NCBI GenBank assembly: GCA_033856735.1
Contig: JAWVEM010000025.1
Span: forward strand, 972-64,971
From: Blastocatellia bacterium
GTDB taxonomy: Bacteria; Acidobacteriota; Blastocatellia; Pyrinomonadales; Pyrinomonadaceae
Reading direction: 5' to 3'
Length of the DNA stretch: 64,000 nt
Below the pieces are notes generated by a model that saw only the letters and a program-made list of their open reading frames with translations, did no database searches and was not told the DNA's origin. Shown piece after piece: positions 8,764 to 17,581 of this stretch. Within the stretch, counting starts at the first letter, position 1, and each line of letters starts with the position of its first letter. Position numbers and translations under genes: made by a program.

Positions 8764-10002
8764 TTAGTTTCTTAAACGATGTACCTGCGCAAGCTGACGG
8801 TTGGGGAGCGAAGCGAGGATCTCGTTGATTCGGGTAGTAACTCCAGCGGTCTGTCTCGCAATGGCGGAATAGTGTTGCTCACGCCGTGTCCAGGAACCTT
8901 CGTGGTTGGACTTTTCTCTTTCCAATTCACCTCGTAATTCCTTTGTTCTGCTATCGATCACTTGTAAGGCGTTCTTGAACTCCTCGCTGCGGAGATAGCG
9001 ATACACTTCCTGGGTTTTTTCTGCTTTGCCCTGTTCGGATAGTTGAACGCGGGAAAGTTCCACAACCGCATCACGCAAAATGGACGCTAGATGATGCGCA
9101 AACTGTGGCGCTGCAACTATGACACCATCGACGATGCATATCCCCGACTGGCTTGGGGGAAGAACACGAGATACTAGGAGCCCACACCGCGTTCCTTGAA
9201 CTTCCATCGCTCGTTTCAGTTGGCGAACAAAGGCCGGCTGCCATTGATTTGTTCTCTTGCACTCATAAACTATGCAACCACAAGGCGCGCGGTCTTCAAT
9301 AATCATCTGGACGATATCGCCACCGCGCCGTTTTCGCTGAATATCGTCCATAGGGAACTGCCTTCGCAGGAGTTTTTCAAGCTCCTCTTCGCCTTCCGGG
9401 CCAAAATGGACACGATCGCGCGACTCCGCTCGTCGTTGCAGTTCCTCAATTTTTCGCTTCCAGATTTCAGCGTCGCGGTCACGACGTTCTTCAATCCTCA
9501 AACGTTTCTCCTCCTCTTTGCGAAGTTGTTGAGCAAAGGTTGCTTGAACCTTCCGAGCCGCCTCACGTTCAATGCGACGCTTCTCTTGGGTCGACATCGA
9601 ACTCTTTTCCGCCAATGCGGCTTTCATCTGTTTAGCACTCGACTGTAGTTCCTCTAATTCTTTACGAAGCTTGATCTCCGCCTTCTTAGCTTTCGCAGTT
9701 TCCTCAGCTGCGATCCGTTCTCGTGCGTTCTTCAACTGATTCCGTTCGCGAGCCAGTTTCTCTTCAGCTTGAGCTAGCTCTTTACGAAGCTTGATCTCCG
9801 CCTTCCTAGCTTTCGCAGTTTCTTCAGCTGCGATTCGTTCTCGCTCGCTCTTCAACTGATTCCGTTCGCGAGCCAATTTTTCTTCAGCTTGTGCAATCTC
9901 GTTTTTACGAGCGTCATCAATATGCAAGACGTTCTCATACTCTCGGCGTGTCAGAGAGGAGCCACAAAGCGGACAGTCGTAGGATTGATTATTATTTAGC
10001 AT
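8764..10002 (-). CDS. DUF2130-like protein: zinc-ribbon, long coiled coil and a C-terminal restriction-endonuclease-like domain
   Basis: CPLCGSSL at the N-terminus, then an ~150-aa charged coiled coil. The C-terminal FPMDDIQRKRRGGDIVQMI...CGCIVYECKRTNQW pattern matches the DUF2130 signature as I remember it. The start lies 2 nt after the upstream helicase stop. Confidence 0.65.
   Translation of the reverse strand: MLNNNQSYDCPLCGSSLTRREYENVLHIDDARKNEIAQAEEKLARERNQLKSERERIAAEETAKARKAEIKLRKELAQAEEKLARERNQLKNARERIAAEETAKAKKAEIKLRKELEELQSSAKQMKAALAEKSSMSTQEKRRIEREAARKVQATFAQQLRKEEEKRLRIEERRDRDAEIWKRKIEELQRRAESRDRVHFGPEGEEELEKLLRRQFPMDDIQRKRRGGDIVQMIIEDRAPCGCIVYECKRTNQWQPAFVRQLKRAMEVQGTRCGLLVSRVLPPSQSGICIVDGVIVAAPQFAHHLASILRDAVVELSRVQLSEQGKAEKTQEVYRYLRSEEFKNALQVIDSRTKELRGELEREKSNHEGSWTRREQHYSAIARQTAGVTTRINEILASLPNRQLAQVHRLRN
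9661..9900. repeat. Tandem 2 x 120-bp duplication inside the DUF2130-like CDS
   Basis: 9661-9780 versus 9781-9900 differ at 11 of 120 positions by my count. Each copy encodes a 40-aa unit: AQAEEKLARERNQLK.ERERIAAEETAKA.KAEIKLRKEL. Confidence 0.9.
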
Positions 10003-10004
10003 CG

Positions 10005-13000
10005 TCAGACCTCCAATTTACCAGCATTCTCCAACAGACCCATCCAATGGGGACATGAAACCCTGTCGGGACAGCGATCGCATGTACGCGATTTCAGTGT
10101 TGTCTTAAAGACGCCTTGTCCAAATTCTCTTAACTGATTAGTAAGACGAGAAGACTCTCTGTTGTAGTCAGCCGCTCTGTTAGTCCATTGATACGGATGT
10201 ACGGTTCCGTCTTCTCCCGAAAAGATAAAGGGTTGAACGTTAGGCTCGATCTCTCTGAGAATGACAAAGCCGACTCGCTGGGGTGGCTTCAGCCCGCCCC
10301 AAAGGAGACCTTGGCTCCGAACATTTTGAGCAATAGACTCCGGTCGGAAATTCAGTGCGATAGGAACGCCGCGCTCGTCGCGATAATGTGCTAACAGATC
10401 GAGACTCAACGGTGCACTGTTCTCACTACCGTCAATTATCAGGGTGAGCACTTCGGCCAATTTCGGCTCGGGCATGTATACTTCGGCGAAATTCAAAATA
10501 TAGCGCTCAGCTAGATTCGAATAAATCCTAGCGTGTGGATGATCGACAATGTCTTCGTCTGTGGGCCATAGTTTTGCGAGAATGGCCTTCGCCTGGACGG
10601 CACTCACTCTTCCTTGCTCTTTATGAGCTAGTTCAAGAATTGCTCTCAAAGCGTTTCGCACGACAGAGAAGAAGATTGGGTAAAGAGGTCTGAAATTCAG
10701 CGGAGGATTAATTTTAAGAAACTGATCTAGGTAGGTTCTTATGGCGCAAGAATCCTTATCGAGTGAACGTGCGGATAGTGGCCGAGCGGGTGAGCCGCCC
10801 CAAACGGGTCCCATAACAATTTCCTCGCTTCGAGGCGGCATTGGATTCAATTGAATAGTTGGAATTCCATGTATCGATTGCCATCGGTGTAATAGCGGTA
10901 CGATCCTTCGCGGCCGTGAATGCTCGGTGCCGCTCGCGGTGCTGGCGTAAGAAACGAAAAGAGCTTGCTGCGCACGAGTTGCGCCAACAAAAAATACTGA
11001 ATTTGATTGAGCCAGATCCGTGTCGGATGACGGCTGCCAAGAAGGGGGCAACCAACCATATTGGTTGGAAACCTGGCTAAGCGTTTGGCCGGCGACCGCG
11101 ACACACGGAAACTCCAGCCCTTTTGACGCGTGACACGTCATTACCCTGACGGCGTCGGACGTGGATCGCGGAGGAATAAGACACGGGGTGCTAGAGCACA
11201 GCGAAGCTCGGAAGTATTCGCCAAAAGCCTTCCTTGATTTCCAAGGCTCGCTTCCGGTATGTGTGAACCTATAAACAGCAGCTCTCGATAGCGAGGTCAC
11301 AATCTCATCCAGCATGAGTGATCGTGAAGCACCGACTTCCTTTTTAAGAATGGCTCGTAAGTAATCTCCTCCATCGAACAGGAAGATACACATCATCGTG
11401 AATGCATCACCACTGAAAGTCGCAGTTCTCAGAGCATTGATAGCGCGCCGGATGTCGGTCACTAACGTTTCACCGTCACCGAAATCGCTGTCAGCGAAGT
11501 TGCCATCCTTTTCGATTGTGCTAAGGACTTCCTTTATTACCTCGTTCGTTGTCGTTGCTCCAAAGCTCTCTAGTCCTAAAGCGCAGGCTAGTCTAGGAAG
11601 AGACGCCCGAGGGCGATTGACAAACGTCACAACCGCCGCAAGATCTCCCGCCGCACCCTCAGCAGTAATCAAGCCGTTCGTAGTTGCGCGAACTCCCAGA
11701 GCACCTAGCGTTAGAACGATATTCCTAACATCGACATTGCGTCTGGCTAACACTGCGATGTCACGAAACGGAATATCGGCGTCAAGCCATGACTTGACCT
11801 GATTTGCGATACCGGCTTGTTCTGCCTGGTCGGAGTCTGCGATCGCAACTATTACTGATGGTTCTCCGATAGCTACATGTTCAACTCCCGGTTTCCACCG
11901 TTCGCTGAAAACGGCATCAGTTCGGTCCGGCTGCTCAATTAACGTTGCCATCTGATTAGCTGCCTTAACGACTTGAGCACTCGAACGGTAGTTCGTGTTG
12001 AGGTAGAAGATCTTGGCTCCGCCAAAGTCACTCTCGAATTCATCAACATTCTCAGGGGCCGCTCCTCGGAATTGGTAGATCGCTTGTCGTGTGTCACCAA
12101 CGACCCAGGGCGGGTTCGTCTTAGCGTCACAAAGCAGGCACAGCAACTTCGAGACACTACGACTTACGTCCTGATACTCATCGACCATAATCCATCGATA
12201 CTTAGTCCTATAGGCTTCAACTATTGCCGGGTGCTGCTCAAGAATCTTTACAGGGAGTGCGATCAGATCTGCGAAGTCGATCAGCTTGGTGCTTTTCTTT
12301 GCCATCTCATACGCTTGAAAAAGCTTAAGAAATTGACTCGCACGTTCGTACTGTTCCACTTCCGCTACTGAGGGTTTCCACTTTTTTAGCTCCTCCGAAA
12401 GGTCTTCAGGAAATCGGACCCTGTCCTTCAGAAAACCAATGTGCTGAACTACTTCCTCGGCGGTTTCCGTAGGGGAATAGAGCTTCAGGATCTTTTCACA
12501 GTCGACGGTTCCCAGTAAGTTGGAAATCAGTTCCTGTTGTCCTGTTTCATCAATTACGGTTGCACTTGCATCGATGTCGAGGAAATGACCATGATGGTGA
12601 ATGAACGAAACGCCTAGTCCGTGAAACGTATTAACCTCTATTCGAGAAGCAATCTCAGACCCGAACTTTCTTTGAATACGATCCATTAATTCTTCAGCGG
12701 CATCATTACTGAAAGTCAATACAAGTATGGTTTCTGGGGAGGCGAAAAGCTCTTCGATCAGGAACTGAATCCTCGCTATCAACGTTGCCGTTTTGCCGGT
12801 GCCAGGACCAGCGTTGACCAATGCTGGGCCAGCAGTATACCGAGCAGCTTCGATCTGACTTGGGTCGGGTGTTACCGGTTTCTTCTCCTCCGGCGCCTCG
12901 CCGCCTAGCGTAATCTCATAAAGTGCCTCAGCCAGCTGAGCTTGAACTAAGTGGACTGGCAGGCCTAAGGCTGTTGCTAATGATATACTGCTACTATTCG

Positions 13001-13451
13001 ATTCGCTCTGCCACTTTTCAAACAGCTCATTGGCCGGACAAAGAAATTCGACCGCAAAACTGTTTGCTTCCGTCTCTTCCCTGCCGTGTCTGTTATATCT
13101 GGCCAGCGAGGGCGCACCATCATTCAGGTACATGGACCCGGCTAGCGTTTCTGGGGCCGTACAGCCGCGACGCAAGCGGGGATGCAACTCCAAATGACCG
13201 AGTTCATGAAGAATTATCATGAGCCGTTCATGCGAATCGCTATCAAGCTGTTTGTCATAGAAGAGAATCCCTTCCGCGGGTGAAACCTCGGCCCTACCTC
13301 CTTCAAGGAACGCCTTTGTCGTGGGCTCCAACTCTATTTCATAAACGTCAGAGAGATAGCGCACGACTCGCTCAAATAACTGGTCGGACGAGGTCCCAAT
13401 TATTTCTCGACATGAACGTGCCCGTTCTCTGGCATACCTAAGTGATCGCAT
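10005..13451 (-). CDS. ImmA/IrrE-type metallopeptidase - UvrD/PcrA-family SF1 helicase - Cas4/AddB-like nuclease fusion
   Basis: HELGHLELH (HExxH). Walker A AGPGTGKT, MVDEYQD, VVGDTRQAIYQFRGA, CHASKGLEFPCV and VGATRAQQ helicase motifs. The C-terminal CDRCPDRVSC (Cx2Cx5C) is typical of Fe-S PD-(D/E)xK nucleases. ATG at 13451 avoids overlap with the upstream gene; the alternative start is 13502. Confidence 0.85.
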   Translation of the reverse strand: MRSLRYARERARSCREIIGTSSDQLFERVVRYLSDVYEIELEPTTKAFLEGGRAEVSPAEGILFYDKQLDSDSHERLMIILHELGHLELHPRLRRGCTAPETLAGSMYLNDGAPSLARYNRHGREETEANSFAVEFLCPANELFEKWQSESNSSSISLATALGLPVHLVQAQLAEALYEITLGGEAPEEKKPVTPDPSQIEAARYTAGPALVNAGPGTGKTATLIARIQFLIEELFASPETILVLTFSNDAAEELMDRIQRKFGSEIASRIEVNTFHGLGVSFIHHHGHFLDIDASATVIDETGQQELISNLLGTVDCEKILKLYSPTETAEEVVQHIGFLKDRVRFPEDLSEELKKWKPSVAEVEQYERASQFLKLFQAYEMAKKSTKLIDFADLIALPVKILEQHPAIVEAYRTKYRWIMVDEYQDVSRSVSKLLCLLCDAKTNPPWVVGDTRQAIYQFRGAAPENVDEFESDFGGAKIFYLNTNYRSSAQVVKAANQMATLIEQPDRTDAVFSERWKPGVEHVAIGEPSVIVAIADSDQAEQAGIANQVKSWLDADIPFRDIAVLARRNVDVRNIVLTLGALGVRATTNGLITAEGAAGDLAAVVTFVNRPRASLPRLACALGLESFGATTTNEVIKEVLSTIEKDGNFADSDFGDGETLVTDIRRAINALRTATFSGDAFTMMCIFLFDGGDYLRAILKKEVGASRSLMLDEIVTSLSRAAVYRFTHTGSEPWKSRKAFGEYFRASLCSSTPCLIPPRSTSDAVRVMTCHASKGLEFPCVAVAGQTLSQVSNQYGWLPPSWQPSSDTDLAQSNSVFFVGATRAQQALFVSYASTASGTEHSRPRRIVPLLHRWQSIHGIPTIQLNPMPPRSEEIVMGPVWGGSPARPLSARSLDKDSCAIRTYLDQFLKINPPLNFRPLYPIFFSVVRNALRAILELAHKEQGRVSAVQAKAILAKLWPTDEDIVDHPHARIYSNLAERYILNFAEVYMPEPKLAEVLTLIIDGSENSAPLSLDLLAHYRDERGVPIALNFRPESIAQNVRSQGLLWGGLKPPQRVGFVILREIEPNVQPFIFSGEDGTVHPYQWTNRAADYNRESSRLTNQLREFGQGVFKTTLKSRTCDRCPDRVSCPHWMGLLENAGKLEV

Positions 13452-13455
13452 ACAT

Positions 13456-14019
13456 TTATTCTTTTTCCAGAAGATCGCGCCAATATCTCTTCGTATCTTC
13501 ACTCATGCCTGAACGTTCCAAGATTTGCTCCCAAGTAGTGGTGTCTTTCTTGTACGCCTCGTCTCTCGATGCGGCCCTTGGTGCTACAAAGGGCTGCTCA
13601 AACGCCCGGAGCGTAACGGTTGTTGGAATGTCCAGAGCTTCTTTTGCAACTTTTGCAAGAGCCTTCCGCCAAGTCTGCGGGACTGTTTTGGCATGACGAT
13701 TCAAATCCGAAATAAAAGTGACGCTAACTCCGAGCGCTCTTGCAATCGCCGCAGGCTTCAGATCGGTCCTCTTTTTATAAACGCCCAAGAGAGGTAGTGG
13801 CTCTTCTGTCAAGACTTCTCCGTCGGCGTCTGAATGAAGCAGCGATTGATTAAGCTGCCTCACCGCAACAATCGCCTTATTTGCGAGCTTGTTCGGATCG
13901 ACACCATTCTGACTAAGCGCTTCGTTCAGTTCTTCATCCGTCCATTCTGCTGACGCGCTAAGCCTTCTGATTCGATCAAGTATTTCTGCACTCGACTCTG
14001 TCCGTTTCTTTCCCATCAT
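13456..14019 (-). CDS. HTH DNA-binding protein (possible ImmR-like partner of the ImmA domain)
   Basis: LKPAAIARALGVSVTFISDLNRH is a helix-turn-helix. The ATG at 14019 follows AGGAAGTGAA and lies 1 nt after the upstream stop. The longer ORF running to 14163 overlaps the upstream gene. Confidence 0.6.
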   Translation of the reverse strand: MMGKKRTESSAEILDRIRRLSASAEWTDEELNEALSQNGVDPNKLANKAIVAVRQLNQSLLHSDADGEVLTEEPLPLLGVYKKRTDLKPAAIARALGVSVTFISDLNRHAKTVPQTWRKALAKVAKEALDIPTTVTLRAFEQPFVAPRAASRDEAYKKDTTTWEQILERSGMSEDTKRYWRDLLEKE

Positions 14020-14020
14020 T

Positions 14021-14692
14021 TCACTTCCTTCTAGCCTTTGTGGCCTGGTTAGCTTCCATTTGGTTGCGGATAGCAGCAGCTTTCCGGTCGAGGCGCTTGG
14101 AAGCGCTGTAAATATCCTTAATTGGTATGCCGGTGGCCTTGGCGATTTCGCCGGGTTGGTCACAACCTGCGCGCATGGCGCGAAGAATTCTGGTCAACTG
14201 GTCGTCTTCGCTGCAGGCTTTGGCCAGTTCATCGAGGACACGTTCTTCGCGCTGAGCCGTTTCCGCATCAATCAATAGCTCCTCCGGCGTTCGAGCGGAC
14301 GCAATGAGCCATTCCCTTTCGGGTCGGCGCTCTTTAGAGCCAGCTTCCCAGTCCATTTCTGTTTGTCCGGTGACATCGAAGGTTGCACTCAAGAGTGTAT
14401 TGTCTTTGCTTGTGGACAAGTGATAGAGGAGGCTATCAATCACGTCCATCAGATACTTCTTGAGGTCGGGGTCTTTTTGCGGTTCCCATTCACGCTCTCC
14501 TGAATAAAGCTTTTCAAATGCCAGAGAAACGATTGAGTCAACGGTCTCTCCTTTTGGTAATTCAACCGAATTACGGGTTCTCCAAAAAAGCTTATTGCTG
14601 ACACTAAGGGCGTACCAGCCGAGTTCTTTGGCTAGGCGACCTATTTGCTCATTAGTTAATTTCGCAAGGTGGGCTCGTGCTTCTTCTTTCAA
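14021..14692 (-). CDS. Sigma-70/ECF-like regulatory protein
   Basis: Region-2-like TVDSIVSLAFEKLYSG...LKKYLMDVIDSLL and region-4-like PGEIAKATGIPIKDIYSASKRLDRK. The assignment is by pattern only. Confidence 0.5.
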   Translation of the reverse strand: MKEEARAHLAKLTNEQIGRLAKELGWYALSVSNKLFWRTRNSVELPKGETVDSIVSLAFEKLYSGEREWEPQKDPDLKKYLMDVIDSLLYHLSTSKDNTLLSATFDVTGQTEMDWEAGSKERRPEREWLIASARTPEELLIDAETAQREERVLDELAKACSEDDQLTRILRAMRAGCDQPGEIAKATGIPIKDIYSASKRLDRKAAAIRNQMEANQATKARRK

Positions 14693-14845
14693 AATATCCT
14701 CCCGCTTCTGTCCTTATTGACTATTGCCGACGAAACGTTTGGTTTTGCCATCTAGAGAGACGGAAAAAACCGCCGAGCCAGCGGCATTAGAGTCCGGGGA
14801 CGAAAGGTCCCTGAATTTTAACTTGAATGTGAGGAACGAGAGCAT

Positions 14846-15211
14846 ATGGAAAACCAAAACGACATCGACAGTAAGGCCGCGACAGCAAACCCGCCTGAAA
14901 CAGAGGTTCTCGACGAACTAATCGACGAGATAATCGACCTTGAAGAATATGCGCAAGCCAATCGCAAGCCGCCGCGCGCCCGCGGTTACCGAATACGCAT
15001 CGACAAAACCAAGTATGAAGTCAAAGTGCCGAGCATGACAGGACGTGAGTTGCTGACGCTTGCAGGTAAATCGCCAGTGAGCAACTACATGTTAACGCAA
15101 AAGCTTCGAGGCGGACAGACACGTCGGATCGAGCTGGATGAAAGCGCCGATTTCACGACGCCCGGCGTTGAGCGATTCATGACTCTGCCTCTTGACCAAA
15201 CAGAGGGCTAG
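14846..15211 (+). CDS. Ubiquitin-like (multiubiquitin-family) protein ending in Gly
   Basis: Acidic N-terminus followed by a beta-grasp-like YRIRIDKTKYEVKVPSMTGRELLTLAG segment. The protein ends ...LDQTEG-stop. It is the first gene of the E2/E1/JAB operon. Confidence 0.65.
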   Translation: MENQNDIDSKAATANPPETEVLDELIDEIIDLEEYAQANRKPPRARGYRIRIDKTKYEVKVPSMTGRELLTLAGKSPVSNYMLTQKLRGGQTRRIELDESADFTTPGVERFMTLPLDQTEG

Positions 15212-15214
15212 CAA

Positions 15215-15613
15215 ATGCGCAGGCAATTCATGCTCCCGGAGACCGACAATGCTTTTCTAGCAACGCTCGGTCTCCCTTGGGAGACCATCATAGAGAACAA
15301 TGCGCGTTGGCTGATCCTGCACGACTATGAACCGCCAGAGGGTTATGACCATAGCCCTGTGTTCCTTGCTATCCGAATCAGCCCAGGATATCCCGACACG
15401 CAGCTTGACATGGTCTACTTTTCACCTGCTCTGGCGCGACTTGATGGGCGAGCGATCGGGGCGCTCTCGACTACCGGTCTTGACGGAAAGACGTATCAAC
15501 AATGGTCGAGACACAGGACTGGACTGAATCCTTGGCGACCTGGGGAAGATGACCTTTCTTCTCATCTTGAATTGGTAAAGCACTGGCTCGAACGCGAGTT
15601 GAGGAAGAACTAA
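15215..15613 (+). CDS. Prokaryotic E2-like protein (Prok-E2_E-like)
   Basis: 132 aa with ...PEGYDHSPVFLAIRISPGYPDTQLDMVYFSP..., which resembles the 6E-system E2 family. It starts 3 nt after the Ubl gene stop. Confidence 0.6.
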   Translation: MRRQFMLPETDNAFLATLGLPWETIIENNARWLILHDYEPPEGYDHSPVFLAIRISPGYPDTQLDMVYFSPALARLDGRAIGALSTTGLDGKTYQQWSRHRTGLNPWRPGEDDLSSHLELVKHWLERELRKN

Positions 15614-15615
15614 AA

Positions 15616-16998
15616 ATGAACACAGTACTTCGATTAACAGCCGACCAACATTCTCAGCTCAACAATCACTTGTTTCCGGGAGACGGAAACGAAGCTGCCG
15701 CCGTAATTCTCTGCGGTCGTCGAGCGGGTAATGAGCGACACTGTCTGACCGCCCGAATGATTTTCCCCATACCGTATGATCAATGCTCGATCCGAACGCC
15801 CTGGCGCATAACTTGGTCGACAGAAACACTCTTGCCAGTTCTCACCGAAGCTGCAAGAGGAGACCTGGCAATCGTTAAGATTCATAGCCACCCAGGGGGA
15901 TTCGAGGAATTCTCTGAAACCGATGACAAGTCCGATCGAGACCTATTCCTCTCAGCATATGGCTGGTTCGATAATGAAGCGCCACACGCCAGCGCCATTA
16001 TGTTGCCTGACGGCCGAATCTTCGGCCGCGTGGTTGGGCCGGCAGGGGAATTCACTTCGTTCTCGTCGATTTCGGTCATCGGCGACGATATCCGATTTCT
16101 CGAACCGCAGCGATGTGAAACAGAGTTGCCAGATTACACTCTAAGACATCGACAAATCTTCGGAGCAGGTACTACTGCCTTGTTGCGCCGGTTGACAGTT
16201 GCAGTAATTGGAGTGTCGGGCACGGGAAGTCCCGTCGTTGAACAGCTCGCGCGTCTCGGCGTTGGCAAACTCATACTTATCGATCCGGATCACATCGAGG
16301 AAAAGAATCTGAACCGAATACTCAACGCCAGAATGGAAGATGCGTGCGAGAAGCGCTTTAAAGTCGACGTGATGGAACGAGCTGTCAGGAAAATGGGGCT
16401 AGGTACTGAAGTCGTTACTTTCTCACGTAACCTCTATGATTCCGACGTGGTTAAAGCGGTCGCTCAGTCCGATGTCATCTTCGGGTGCATGGACGGCGTT
16501 GATGGACGACATCTACTTAACAGACTCGCCACATTTTACCTAATACCCTACTTTGACGTTGGCGTGAAACTCGAGAGCGATGGACGGGGTGGAATCGACC
16601 AGGTCTGTGGCACGGTGCACTATCTACAACCTGGCCGCTCTAGTCTCTTCAGTCGAGGCATGTACACATTAGAGCAGGTACGAGCCGCTGGACTCCGCCG
16701 AACGGATCCGCGGGCGTATGAGGAACAGCTCAAAGAAAAATACATAACCGGCGTTATGGAGGATCGTCCGGCAGTGATTAGTGTCAACATGTTCTTTGCG
16801 AGTCTCGCTGTGAATGAATTTCTCGCAAGACTCCACCCGTATCGTGACGATGAGAACAAGCATTTCTCAACTTACCGCTTTAGTCTGTCACAGGCCCAAA
16901 CCTACAAAGAGGAAGAAGGCGAGGTCTGCCGACTCCTTATGCGGCACGTGGGGCGTGGAGATATTACTCCTCTACTAGACATGCCGGAGCTAGGCTGA
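15616..16998 (+). CDS. JAB/JAMM deubiquitinase-like domain fused to a ThiF/E1-like adenylating domain
   Basis: HSHPGGFEEFSETD matches the JAMM pattern HxHx7SxxD. VAVIGVSGTGSPVVEQLARLGVGKLILIDPDHIEEKNLNR is an E1 Rossmann nucleotide-binding motif. Confidence 0.8.
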   Translation: MNTVLRLTADQHSQLNNHLFPGDGNEAAAVILCGRRAGNERHCLTARMIFPIPYDQCSIRTPWRITWSTETLLPVLTEAARGDLAIVKIHSHPGGFEEFSETDDKSDRDLFLSAYGWFDNEAPHASAIMLPDGRIFGRVVGPAGEFTSFSSISVIGDDIRFLEPQRCETELPDYTLRHRQIFGAGTTALLRRLTVAVIGVSGTGSPVVEQLARLGVGKLILIDPDHIEEKNLNRILNARMEDACEKRFKVDVMERAVRKMGLGTEVVTFSRNLYDSDVVKAVAQSDVIFGCMDGVDGRHLLNRLATFYLIPYFDVGVKLESDGRGGIDQVCGTVHYLQPGRSSLFSRGMYTLEQVRAAGLRRTDPRAYEEQLKEKYITGVMEDRPAVISVNMFFASLAVNEFLARLHPYRDDENKHFSTYRFSLSQAQTYKEEEGEVCRLLMRHVGRGDITPLLDMPELG

Positions 16999-17363
16999 TG
17001 CGCTTGCGATTCGCCAAGCAGATGTTTCGCCGACTCTGGCAACGAGTTTTCGGAGATCCGACGCTACTAAAGGCGAGGGCAGTAGAAGAGTTGCCTGATC
17101 ATTTGAAACCGGGGATTGTGTACGTCGTTGGCGAAGGCGGATATTTGTGGTTTGTCGCCATGATCTGTCCTTGTGGATGCAACGAGACATTGCACATGAA
17201 TCTTATGTCTCACAGTCGGCCTCGATGGGACGTTATCAAGCATAAAGACGGAAGTGTTACGTTAAATCCTTCCATATCGCGATTGACTGGTTGCCATAGC
17301 CATTTTTTTCTCCGACGGGGGCGAATCGTTTGGTGGCACGCTCCGCCAAAAGAGGGCGCGTAG
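16998..17363 (+). CDS. Cys-rich small protein (DUF6527-like), possible metal-binding/E3-like component
   Basis: CPCGC...H...CHSH cluster. The start overlaps the E1 stop (TGATG). Confidence 0.55.
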   Translation: MRLRFAKQMFRRLWQRVFGDPTLLKARAVEELPDHLKPGIVYVVGEGGYLWFVAMICPCGCNETLHMNLMSHSRPRWDVIKHKDGSVTLNPSISRLTGCHSHFFLRRGRIVWWHAPPKEGA

Positions 17364-17547
17364 CCCACTCTATCGCGGTTCTGTCGTTCTCTCATATCAG
17401 GGTTGGCGATCGACGAGGTGGCTTAAGCGGGTGGATTCCGACCCGCGAGGCATCCTGGGGTAGCGCGATCGGCGAAAGGGAAGGGGTGGAAAGACAAACC
17501 GCAGAGCGCAGCACTACATATTGTGGCTTCTCATTTTATTTTCAAAA

Positions 17548-17581
17548 TCGGTTTTTGACGTCAATCGGTTTTTGACGTCAA
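17548..17581. repeat. 2 x 17-nt perfect tandem repeat, each containing palindromic TGACGTCA
   Basis: TCGGTTTTTGACGTCAA occurs at 17548-17564 and again at 17565-17581, inside a ~790-bp intergenic region. Confidence 0.85.

Noticed and set aside
14693-14845. Divergent promoter elements (for example TTGACT at ~14727) between the sigma-like gene and the 6E-type operon
   Set aside because: I could not pair the -35-like hexamer with a convincing -10 at proper spacing by eye. The evidence is too weak to annotate.
17548-17581. Possible CRISPR-like repeats (also the 9661-9900 duplication)
   Set aside because: There are only two copies with no spacers in the first case, and an in-frame coding duplication in the second. 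No CRISPR array is present anywhere in the window.
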